A stretch of 64,000 bases of DNA. Source: Thermodesulfobacteriota bacterium (GTDB taxonomy: Bacteria; Desulfobacterota_D; UBA1144; Nemesobacterales; UBA2774). Every line of letters begins with the position of its first letter. Position 1 is the first letter of the stretch. The notes below the pieces were generated by a model. The model was given only the letters and a program-made list of their open reading frames with translations, had not been told where the DNA came from and made no database searches. The stretch spans positions 2,976,001-3,040,000 of the forward strand of contig OZ244197.1 of the NCBI GenBank assembly GCA_965216785.1. Direction: 5' to 3'. The position numbers and the translations under genes were made by a program. Shown piece after piece: positions 19,892 to 29,000 of this stretch.

Positions 19892-20575
19892 CTAAGAAAC
19901 AAAACCATGTCTAAATCCGAACAGAATGAGCTCTGAACGGTTTTTAACGCTGAGCTTTTTAAATATCTTATACAAGTGAAACTTGACGGTCTTCTCACTA
20001 ATATAAAGCTCATCCGCAATACTCTTATTCGTATACCCGTTAAGGACAAGTTTAATTATCTTGATTTCACTTTCCGTAAGGTCATATATCTGCCCTTTAC
20101 TCTTTTCGGGCTTTTTCGGGTAGGATGTGCCGTCTATTACCTTACCCATCAACTTTCTCTCCACCCAGAGCTCTCCGTTGAAGACCGAGCTCACAGACTT
20201 AATCAGATGGTTCGAGTCGGTATCCTTGAGCAGGTAGCCCCTCACCCCTGAGCGGATCGCGTTTATAAGAAGACTTTCGTTATAGTCGTTGTCGATTATC
20301 AGTATCAACTTGGCTTTGTTATTCTTTTTGATCAGACTCAGTATTTTTGTAAGATTCAGCCCTTTTAGCTCGACATCCAAGAGAAGGATATCAAAATCAT
20401 GCTCTTCGCACGCTCCTATGAGATCAATAAGGTTTGAGACCCTCGATAGAACTTCTACAGATTTATCTTCCTCCAGTATTTTCGCGATTCCGTCTCTGAC
20501 CAGAGGGTATCTGCAGGCAACTATAGTCCTTATGATCTCAGTCTTCTTTTTTGCAGCTGCTTTTGTACTCGCCAT
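19892..20575 (-). CDS. NarL/LuxR-family response regulator, atypical receiver
   Basis: Receiver (ILLLD, GYLLKD) plus HTH GYTNKSIADELYISEKTVKFH; the usual DD pair reads CR. Confidence 0.88.
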   Translation of the reverse strand: MASTKAAAKKKTEIIRTIVACRYPLVRDGIAKILEEDKSVEVLSRVSNLIDLIGACEEHDFDILLLDVELKGLNLTKILSLIKKNNKAKLILIIDNDYNESLLINAIRSGVRGYLLKDTDSNHLIKSVSSVFNGELWVERKLMGKVIDGTSYPKKPEKSKGQIYDLTESEIKIIKLVLNGYTNKSIADELYISEKTVKFHLYKIFKKLSVKNRSELILFGFRHGFVS

Positions 20576-20650
20576 AATTTCTGCTCCGCATTACAAAAGT
20601 ATATTTAAACCCTCCCGGGATAAAATCCAAGCGGGTTAATACTATTGCCA

Positions 20651-20732
20651 TATACTATAGTATTAATTAAAGTCCCGGGCAAGGAAAAAGTCAACATACT
20701 TTAGTTTGGGATAATTTTCATACTAAAGTATG
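20651..20732. promoter_or_regulatory. Three ATACT-WW-AGT[AT]T palindromic boxes (NarL/LuxR-type operator candidates)
   Basis: TATACTATAGTATT (20651-20664), CATACTTTAGTTTG (20695-20708), CATACTAAAGTATG (20719-20732), upstream of the regulator starting at 20575. Confidence 0.6.
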
Positions 20733-20747
20733 CAAGTACATCCGGGA

Positions 20748-21095
20748 CTACATGCTTAGTTGAAAATACTTTCCTTGAAGCTGCACTATGAAACCGTTAA
20801 GCTCAAGCGACAGAAGAGTGGAAAGCACGTTTGAGGGCTCCATTTCCGTGAGCTTTATTATTTCATCCACATGTAAAGCCTCTGCTTTAAATACGGAAAA
20901 AACCGTCTTTTCATTTTTAGTCAGGGAGTCCACAACGGACTGCCTGTCAAAAGTAATATCAGTACTTTCGCCCAGGGCTATACCTAAATCAATTATCACA
21001 TCCTCTGCTTTTTCTACAAGCTTGGCGCCCTTTTTAATGAGCCAGTTTGGTCCGACACTAAGTTTCTTACCCGCTTCTCCCGGAACTGCGAATAC
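20748..21095 (-). pseudogene. dprA: DNA processing protein DprA, 3' fragment
   Basis: VFAVPG...SVGPNWLIKKGAKLVE plus winged-helix tail LLSLELNGFI...G.YF; continues the 5' fragment in frame. Confidence 0.93.
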
Positions 21096-21107
21096 CTCTA
21101 TGTTGTG
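21090..21107. repeat. Left att-like direct repeat
   Basis: GAATACCTCTATGTTGTG; 14/18 identical to 39615-39632. Confidence 0.8.
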
Positions 21108-21205
21108 TCCTGGTTTAAGGTGCTGAGATTGTTGAGTATTAAGTGTGTTGTATCTCTTAATTGAATAATTAAAAAGGTGTAGTTTACTTCTATAGATCAA
21201 GAGAT

Positions 21206-22228
21206 CTAAGTCAAAGGATCTTCCGATATTTTTACTATGAGCTTCCCCTTATTCGTCCCTTCGAAAAGCTTATTGAGCGCAGCGGGTGCATTTTCAAGTC
21301 CTTCCACAATATCAATACGGTACTTGAGCTTACCTTCCGAGTACCACCTGACGAGATTGTTGATTCCTTCTCCATACCGCTCAGCATAGTTAAGAACTAT
21401 AAACCCTTCCACTCGAGCGCTCTTATAGAGTATGTTGATGAAATTGTAGGGGCCCGGCACAGGCTCAGAAGAATTATACTGTGATATCATCCCACATATG
21501 ACGATTCTGGCTTTAAAATTTATCTGGGCCAAAACGGCATCCAGTATTTTTCCTCCGACGGCATCAAAATAAATATCAATACCTTCTGGACAATGCTCTC
21601 TCAAACTGTCCTGGACCGATTCTGTCTTGTAATTGATTGAGGCATCAAAACCAAGATCGTCCCTAATCCATCTGCATTTTTCTTCTGTGCCAGCTATACC
21701 TACAACACGGCATCCCTTAATCTTGCCAATCTGTCCAGCTACAGATCCCACAGCCCCAGCCGCTGCCGATACCACTAGAGTCTCACCTTCTTTAGGCTTC
21801 CCTATATCTTCAAGGCCGAAATAAGCCGCAAGTCCCGTGTGGCTGAATAGTCCGAAAAATGCGCTCAATGGCACTGCCCCATCATAGGGTATCACACTTA
21901 CATTAGTGCCGTCCGAAATTACATACTCCTCCCACCCCAGAATGCCCTGCACAATATCTCCTTCTTTAAAAGCAGGATTACGGGACTCCTCGACAACACC
22001 GATAATCAGGCCGCGCATAACCTCTCCGGTCTCGACAGGAGGCATGTAAGATTTCCTGGCATCAGCCCACAGTCTGTTAGTTGGATCTAAAGAAAGGTAT
22101 ATGTTGCGGATAAGAATCTCTCCTTCGCATAGTTCAGGTATTTTTTCTTCTTGTAACGTAAAATGCGAAAGATCTAGTCTCCCTACCGGATGTTCAACCA
22201 GAAGCCACCTACGGTTAATTTGACTCAT
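21206..22228 (-). CDS. NADP-dependent alkenal/enone reductase (CurA / prostaglandin reductase-like MDR family)
   Basis: YLSLDPT.R, VVSAAAGAVGS..GQI.KIKG, GIDIYFD.VGG, CGMISQYN, G.NKGKL motifs. Confidence 0.92.
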   Translation of the reverse strand: MSQINRRWLLVEHPVGRLDLSHFTLQEEKIPELCEGEILIRNIYLSLDPTNRLWADARKSYMPPVETGEVMRGLIIGVVEESRNPAFKEGDIVQGILGWEEYVISDGTNVSVIPYDGAVPLSAFFGLFSHTGLAAYFGLEDIGKPKEGETLVVSAAAGAVGSVAGQIGKIKGCRVVGIAGTEEKCRWIRDDLGFDASINYKTESVQDSLREHCPEGIDIYFDAVGGKILDAVLAQINFKARIVICGMISQYNSSEPVPGPYNFINILYKSARVEGFIVLNYAERYGEGINNLVRWYSEGKLKYRIDIVEGLENAPAALNKLFEGTNKGKLIVKISEDPLT

Positions 22229-22281
22229 ATTTAAAAACCTCCCTAAAAATGTAATAGGCTTATTTTCCTCTTACCCTGCTA

Positions 22282-22758
22282 TCAGCTCAACGCATACCAG
22301 GAATAGCTGACTCTGAAACGGTCTCCCTCTGGCTCAACGCTTCCCCTACCAACCGCCTGAATGCGGGTAAGCCATTGGTACTTCTCATTTGCGGTTTCAA
22401 ATCTAGGAGTTGTAAAGAGGTTCAGGTTCGGCGGTAGCTCTCCTGCAAGGAATTTATTGGCTTCGTCTTCCGACATGTCTATTACGCCCTTATACGTTAC
22501 ATATATTAAAGCGTTATCATTAGTTTCTAAAACAAGCCTTACATTAAGTTCAAAGCAGTTATCGAAGCGTATTAGTGCCGCGTCCTCGCCAAGAGGGCGG
22601 ATTTTCGCCTGTAGTTTAGGGCCGTCCACATATCCGTCTTCGCCGATTACGGGAAAAAACAGTCTTGTTCCCCAGCTACTTGACCCTATAGGAGCAGGCG
22701 CCGATACAAACGCCACAACATCGCATATATGGTCTAATTTTATTTCGTATTTAGACAT
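22282..22758 (-). CDS. DUF3237 (UPF0311) family beta-barrel protein
   Basis: G.R..FPV..G.V.GP.L, LNVRLVLETND.ALIYVTY.G, TPRFET..EKYQWL motifs. Confidence 0.85.
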   Translation of the reverse strand: MSKYEIKLDHICDVVAFVSAPAPIGSSSWGTRLFFPVIGEDGYVDGPKLQAKIRPLGEDAALIRFDNCFELNVRLVLETNDNALIYVTYKGVIDMSEDEANKFLAGELPPNLNLFTTPRFETANEKYQWLTRIQAVGRGSVEPEGDRFRVSYSWYALS

Positions 22759-22872
22759 AACTCACCTCTTCGTTTTCGTATATTTTTCAAGCAATACATC
22801 TATTATTTCTTATGGTTATGACACGGGAGAACCGTGATTGATTCCCCCGCGCTGTTTTTATCTTGTGGGTAA

Positions 22873-23151
22873 TTATCTGAAGTCTTCGCTGTGAATCTCA
22901 GCCATCGGGCTCACTTCAGAAAACGGTAGCTCAGGAATCGTATTTGTTAAAGCATCCCTAACTGACTGTGCGTCCCTACCGTCCCATTCGCAGTAAATAG
23001 CGTCAACCTGCCCTTTATCGTTTAATTTCAGCCAACTCTTTACCCAGTACGCATCTGTGCTGAGTCCAGATTTAGCTTTTTTCGCTACGGGCCCCACGTC
23101 CTCAGTATTTACCGGTGGGTCCACCGGATGTATCGCAATAAATTTTGGCAT
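22873..23151 (-). CDS. Small DUF4242/SCO4226-like protein
   Basis: MPKFIAIH...WVKSW.......IYCEWDG.DA.SVR pattern; clear GGAGG RBS. Confidence 0.6.
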   Translation of the reverse strand: MPKFIAIHPVDPPVNTEDVGPVAKKAKSGLSTDAYWVKSWLKLNDKGQVDAIYCEWDGRDAQSVRDALTNTIPELPFSEVSPMAEIHSEDFR

Positions 23152-23239
23152 TTTCTTAGCCTCCTACTATTGAATTTTATTTTTCCTGCAATATAACTCG
23201 GAGAAACTACGCTCTCCTTCTACGATTTTCATCAAATCA

Positions 23240-23719
23240 TTACGGCAGCTTCCACTCGCCGTCCCAGATAGAATAGCCTTGCGGTGTGCCGCCAATTCCT
23301 ACCTGCGCATAAAATGAATTGTTCCCGCTGATCCCTTTGTATTTCCCTGTTCCGCCTGTCCACTGAAAATCCCCTTTGCAGAGCTCAGCGCCTGTACATT
23401 TCCATACTGCAAAAGCCTTATCTCCGTCATTATCCGTGACTATACAGTACCCATGTCCATCGTGCATTCCTTTGTTAATGTCCATAGCTCCAGGACAAAC
23501 AACAGAGCTCTTATCCATAAAGCCGTTGCCCTTATCGTTGAAATTCGTCCCGCCGAACTCCCCGACGAAAAATACATGCTCAGGTCCAACTTCTACCATC
23601 TGTCCTTTTGAATACCAGCCAAATTTACTCGTGAATTTGCCTTCTTTCTCAAACGCAAAAACACTTGAAAAACTAGCCAGCATAAATAAGGACAAGGAAA
23701 AAAATATAAGCTTTCTCAT
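23240..23719 (-). CDS. Secreted hypothetical protein, possible allene-oxide-cyclase/dirigent-like barrel
   Basis: Signal peptide from MRKLIFF (GGAGG RBS); GYC..TD.DGD and GGTGKYKGISG motifs. Confidence 0.6.
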   Translation of the reverse strand: MRKLIFFSLSLFMLASFSSVFAFEKEGKFTSKFGWYSKGQMVEVGPEHVFFVGEFGGTNFNDKGNGFMDKSSVVCPGAMDINKGMHDGHGYCIVTDNDGDKAFAVWKCTGAELCKGDFQWTGGTGKYKGISGNNSFYAQVGIGGTPQGYSIWDGEWKLP

Positions 23720-23769
23720 TTTACTACCTCCTACTATTTTCGATTTAACGAATAACACTTAATTTCCTA

Positions 23770-24159
23770 CTACTCCGCAACTAACCTAAGCGCGCCTACA
23801 CCACGCTCGCTTGATACCTGACAGCTTACGTCTATGGGATAGCTAGTCCCGCTAAAATTACAGACGCTCCTCGGTTTAGAATCCAGCGTTACACCCCAGC
23901 TAGAATCAGCTACTCCCCTAACAACCGTTATATCGGAAACAGCATCATTTTCAGCATTACAACTGAGTGTAAAGCTCTTGCCACCGATAACTCCCTTCGC
24001 ACTTCCTTCAACCCGTCTGCAATAATCCGCATAACAGGTGACATTAGGCATACATGTCAACTTAATACGGACGTCCTTCTGTGATTGGGCGAAAGCACTG
24101 CTTAAGCCCAACGCACTAAGCAAAATCCCTAAAGCTACTAATGTCATCTTGTACTTCAT
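23770..24159 (-). CDS. Small secreted hypothetical protein (6 Cys)
   Basis: Signal peptide ending SAFA; first gene behind the sigma54 promoter. Confidence 0.7.
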   Translation of the reverse strand: MKYKMTLVALGILLSALGLSSAFAQSQKDVRIKLTCMPNVTCYADYCRRVEGSAKGVIGGKSFTLSCNAENDAVSDITVVRGVADSSWGVTLDSKPRSVCNFSGTSYPIDVSCQVSSERGVGALRLVAE

Positions 24160-24266
24160 AACGCACCCCCAGAATTTTTATTAAAGTGCATTTGAAAGCA
24201 CTTTTAATCTATTTCCAGACTTTACTTATCGTTCTTTCCGAAAAATAGATCTCATTTACATGCAAT

Positions 24267-24283
24267 CGCAAGCGGCATGCCAA
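24267..24283 (-). promoter_or_regulatory. Sigma54 -24/-12 promoter for the leftward operon
   Basis: Minus strand TTGGCAT-GCCGC-TTGCG matches TGGCAY-N5-TTGC; about 110 nt upstream of 24159. Confidence 0.8.
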
Positions 24284-24334
24284 CGACGTAACATTCTGTT
24301 ATCATTGCATATTAGTCTCGAGAGCAAACATTAA

Positions 24335-24465
24335 TGTAAACTATCTATACACATGTTTCCCTTTGTGAAAGCGTCTTAGATGGTATATATATTTGAATTT
24401 GTTATAGATGTGTTAAGCTTTGTTTATGTGTCTATATTTCTTTCTTTATGTCTATATAGTTGACA
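24335..24465. promoter_or_regulatory. Two TGT-N11-ACA enhancer (UAS) candidates
   Basis: TGTAAACTATCTATACA (24335-24351) and TGTCTATATAGTTGACA (24449-24465); 14/17 identical when one is inverted. Confidence 0.6.
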
Positions 24466-24493
24466 CCGAAAAAGGTTAAGGCGGGGAGATAGT

Positions 24494-26011
24494 ATGAGTA
24501 AATTAGACGCAATAATGAATATCTGTCAAAAGATCAATACTCAAAGGGAACTGCCGGCACTTTTAGAACTCGTAGTCCAGGAGACAAAAGAGCTTCTTGA
24601 AGCCGACAGATCCAGTATCTTTCTTTTGGATAGAGAAAAACATGAGTTATGGTCAATAATTACCCTTGATGGTGAGCAGATTCGTTTGGATTCACGTCTT
24701 GGAATTACAGGGGACGCTACTATTACAGGACAATCTATTAATGTAGAAGACGTCTCTCAGGATTCCAGATTTTATAAAAAGGTTGATGAAATTGCAGGGT
24801 ATCAAACTAGGAGTCTCTTGGTTGTACCGATTAAAAACCATAACGGGGTGGTCGTTGGCACGTTTCAAGTACTAAACAAAAAAAAAGGTAGTTTCAGTGA
24901 GCAAGATCAAGAGATTTTGGAACTGATAGCCGGCCATGTGGCGGCGGCAATAGAAACCACACAGCTGATCGAAGATTCAAAACAATATCAGCAAAAACTT
25001 CTTAAAGAAAACAACCATCTCTGGAAAGAGGTCGAAGGACGTTTCTTCACGCAAAACATACTAGGAACAAGTCCCCGCATTCAACACATTGTAAGATTAA
25101 TTGAACAAATCAGTGATACCTCTCTTAACGTACTCATAACAGGGGAAAGCGGAACCGGGAAAGAGCTCGTAGCCAAGTCCATACACTATAACAGTCCGCG
25201 CACAAGGATGCCGTTTGTCGCTATTAACTGTGCCGCTCTGCCTGAAAGTCTTTTAGAGAGCGAGCTGTTCGGAATAGAGAAGGGGGTAGCTACAGGAGTG
25301 GAAAGGAGAATCGGTAAATTCGAAGAGGCCAGCGGAGGAACACTTTTTTTAGACGAGATCGGAGACCTGAGCCTTACAGCTCAAGCCAAGATCCTCCGCG
25401 TATTGCAAGAAAGCAGTATTGAGCACGTAGGGGGCAGGAAAACTATACCAATAGACGTTAGAATTATTTCTGCTACAAACAAGGATCTTGAGAGAGAAAT
25501 CAAAAAGGGAAATTTCCGTGAAGATCTTTTCTACCGCCTTAAGGTAATTCATATTCATATGCCGCCTCTAAGGCAGATTGCAGAGGACATTGTACTTATT
25601 GCCAGCTACTTCATGGATAAATACTGTAAGGCAATGAAAAAAGAATCCAAGAAATTCTCACCCGAGACCTTAAGGTGCCTAACCAAGTATGATTGGCCGG
25701 GGAATATAAGGGAACTGGAAAATGAGGTAAAAAGACTGGCTGTTCTCACACCGGGCAAATTAGTACAAGAAGAGAACCTCTCTCCGCACATCAGACCCCT
25801 AATGGACAATATTGAACCCGACTCAACCAAGCCTCTCTCGCTTAAGGAAAATGTGCAGCAATTAGAAAAGCGGTTGATTTTCGAGACACTTGAGAAGTGC
25901 GGCCATAATCAAAAGCGGGCGGCCAAGGTATTGGGATTAAGCCGCCAGGGCTTAATTAATAAAATGAAGAGATATGAAATAACTGCTAATAAAATTAACT
26001 CGTTCAGCTAG
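24494..26011 (+). CDS. Sigma54-dependent activator, GAF-AAA+-Fis HTH
   Basis: PDE-like GAF (ADRSSIFLLD, DSRF..VD...GYQTRSLLVVPI, LNKK..F...D). AAA+ motifs GESGTGKE, ESELFGIEKGVATGV, GTLFLDEIG, FREDLFYRL, WPGNIREL. C-terminal HTH. Confidence 0.93.
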   Translation: MSKLDAIMNICQKINTQRELPALLELVVQETKELLEADRSSIFLLDREKHELWSIITLDGEQIRLDSRLGITGDATITGQSINVEDVSQDSRFYKKVDEIAGYQTRSLLVVPIKNHNGVVVGTFQVLNKKKGSFSEQDQEILELIAGHVAAAIETTQLIEDSKQYQQKLLKENNHLWKEVEGRFFTQNILGTSPRIQHIVRLIEQISDTSLNVLITGESGTGKELVAKSIHYNSPRTRMPFVAINCAALPESLLESELFGIEKGVATGVERRIGKFEEASGGTLFLDEIGDLSLTAQAKILRVLQESSIEHVGGRKTIPIDVRIISATNKDLEREIKKGNFREDLFYRLKVIHIHMPPLRQIAEDIVLIASYFMDKYCKAMKKESKKFSPETLRCLTKYDWPGNIRELENEVKRLAVLTPGKLVQEENLSPHIRPLMDNIEPDSTKPLSLKENVQQLEKRLIFETLEKCGHNQKRAAKVLGLSRQGLINKMKRYEITANKINSFS

Positions 26012-29000
26012 AAGTTTGAAGCTCGTCAAGCAACCCTCTGGCATCTCTTAAGTCTTTTGTCTCAAATCCTTCCTCAAACCAGCCGTAAGTCTTTGCAAGC
26101 ATCTCCCGGGCTTTTTCAGTTTTTCCTCTATTCCGTAGGCTGCTGCATAAGCTGGTAGTAGCACGAAGCTCTAATGATCTTGCTCCCAAGCTTTCCGCAA
26201 TCACGACTGCCTTTTGAAAGTAGGATTCTGACTCTTTATAATTGTCAGAAGAAATGCCGTTTGTCAGCTCCCCCTTAATTCTATGAAGCTCGGTTTCCAT
26301 CCAACGCTCACCAGAATTTTGTACAAACGCCAATGCCCCCTCTATAACCTCTAATCCCTCTTTGAATTTTCTAGCTCCAAGATATCTATCTGCTAATAAT
26401 CCCAAGAAATATGATTTTCCTGATGCTGATCCAATTGTTTCCATGTCATTCAATCCTTTGAGGATCTGCTTAATTCCGCTCTCTTTCTCATCTGTCTCGA
26501 CTTTAGACCAGCCTCTCATAATGTTTCCGAATGCTAACCAGAATGGAAACGCTTGGTCGGAGGAAAGGGAAATCAATTGCTCAGAAAGCTCTGAAGTATT
26601 ATGGCAATCGCCACAGAGCTGATAGATCACAGCCGAAAAGAATAGAGCCCAAGCCAGACTGAAAGGATGAGATAGATCACGTGCTAACGCCCGGGCTTCT
26701 TGGACTGTTATTAAACTCTTATCGGGTTTACCCAGTTGCCAAAGAGCCATCGCCTTATAAGACAAGCAAGCCACACCGGGGTCCGTCCATAACCAGGGAT
26801 AACGGGGTACTAGGGTATCGTATAGGGAATAGCCCTGTTCCATATGCTCATAACAATAATTAAACCTGCCCTGCGAATAAAACGTCTCTCCCAAAGCTAT
26901 GTGGGCCACTGTAATCAGACCCGGGTCTTTTAAGACTCGTGCCAGTCGCATCAGCCTCTCAGCCAGCTCTAGCGCCTCATCGTATTCTGCTCTTAGATAA
27001 TAAAAGACATGGAGACCCATCAATGCCGGGAAATATTGCGGAAATTCACCAAGTTCACTACACAGTTCCCTTGCCCTACTATATGTTCTCTCAACTTCTT
27101 TAGAAGAATAACCCATAATAGCTATAAGCGGTGAGCCAAGGGTAATGAGTATCTCAAGCTCTTTATTGCGGTTATCAGGAGTATCCGGCAGACTTTTGAC
27201 TAATTCAAGTGCTTTTTCTAAATGTCTTATTGCCTCAATATTAGCACTATGGCCTATCGCCTTTTGACCTGCTGTAAACCAATAAGAAATCGATTTTTCA
27301 AAGAGGTTTGCCTGTGTAAAATGATGTCCCAATAGCTCAGGATGATTCTCGCACTTTTCAGGGAAACTCTCTTCCAATACACGGGCAATTTTTTGATGAT
27401 ACTGCTGTCTTTTTCTTTTTGAGAGTGATTGATATGCGGTGTCTTGAACAAGTGCATGTTTGAAAATGTATGTACTATCGGGGAAATCTCCACTCTTATA
27501 GAGGAGTTCTGCCCCTTCTAGAAGCTCAAGCTGTTTCTCCAAAGCGGGTTTGTCTAATTCCGAAACAGCCTCTATCATTTCATATGTAAACGAGCGCCCT
27601 ATCACAGCTCCCAATTGTGCTAGTTCTTTCGCCATAGCAAGGCGGTCAAGTCTGGACATTAAAGAGCCGTAAAGTGTGGACGGTACTTGATCTAACGGAA
27701 GTGGTATAAAGCCCTCAGAATCGTCTGTTCTTTCTTTAATTGTGCCCGTTTCGAGGATCATTTTTGTCAACTCTTCGACGAAAAAGGGTATTCCATCTGT
27801 TTTGTTTACTATCGCGTTTGCCAATTTATCAGGAAGAACTTTGCCTCTCGTAAGATAATGGACCATTTCTTCTACTTCATATCTGTTCAAACGGTTAAGT
27901 GTGATTGATGATAAATTGGAGCTGCTAACCCAAGGCGGGATGAATTGCGGTCTAAAAGTCAGAAGAGCAAGAATTTCGGAATTTTGAGCATTCTCTACTA
28001 GGAAACTTAAAAATTCCAATGTCGAGGGATCTGACCAATGTAAATCCTCTACTATAAATAATAACGGTTGCTTTGCAGCTTCTTTAATGAGCAAGCTATT
28101 TAATGCTTCTATTGTCTCCTGTTTTTGTCTTTGAGGGCTCAAACTCAGAGGTTCATAACCATTGGGTAACGGAAGAGAAAGAAGCTCCGTAAACAGTGGG
28201 AGAGTTTCTTTAAGAGGTAAATCGTATGATTCTAAGCATTCTTCAAGTTTCTTCAGTTTTCTCTGAGCGGTATCGTCTTTACGGTAGCCCAATAAGTTCT
28301 GGAGAAAAGAACTGATAGGATTAAATGGAGTATTTTGGTCATAAGGTGAACATCGAGATTCAAATTTGTTGCATAGCTCAGGTATCAATCGTTCTTTTAG
28401 CACATCTACAAGTCTGGACTTTCCTATGCCGGCTTCACCACTGAGTAAAATCACATGTCCTACTCCATTCTTAACACCTTCCCAATGCTCTAGGAGTAAT
28501 TTAACCTCATCCTCTCTCCCCACAAGTGGTGTTAACCCTTTGACGGCTGCTATATCCAGTGGACTCTCCACATCACTTCGGCGGAGTACAGAATATAATT
28601 CCATTGGCTTTGAGTAGCCTCTGAGATTATATGAACCTAAAGATTGACAGACAAAATATCCTTCTATCAGTTTATAAGTTGCCTCGCTTACTATTATGCA
28701 GTTAGGTTCGGCAATATCCTTTAACCTTGCAGCGATATTTGGTGTTACTCCCATGGCCAGGGATTCATGTTTTTCCTCTTTTTCCATTCCCCCAACAACT
28801 ACTAATCCCGTGTGAATCCCTATTCGAACATTAAGTTGCTGCTTCCTATCGAATTTTGAATTATGACGTTTTATCCCCTGGAGTATTCCCAAACCCGCAT
28901 GCATTGCACGCTTAGCGTCATCCTCGTGGGCAATCGGATAACCAAAATAAGCTAATACTCCATCGCCTAGATACTGTGCGATATAACCGTCAAAACTTCT

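Noticed and set aside
21096-21200. Island-provided new N-terminus for the dprA 3' fragment (150-aa ORF)
   Set aside because: TTG start with no clear RBS and an AT-rich, non-coding-like sequence; probably an incidental open frame.
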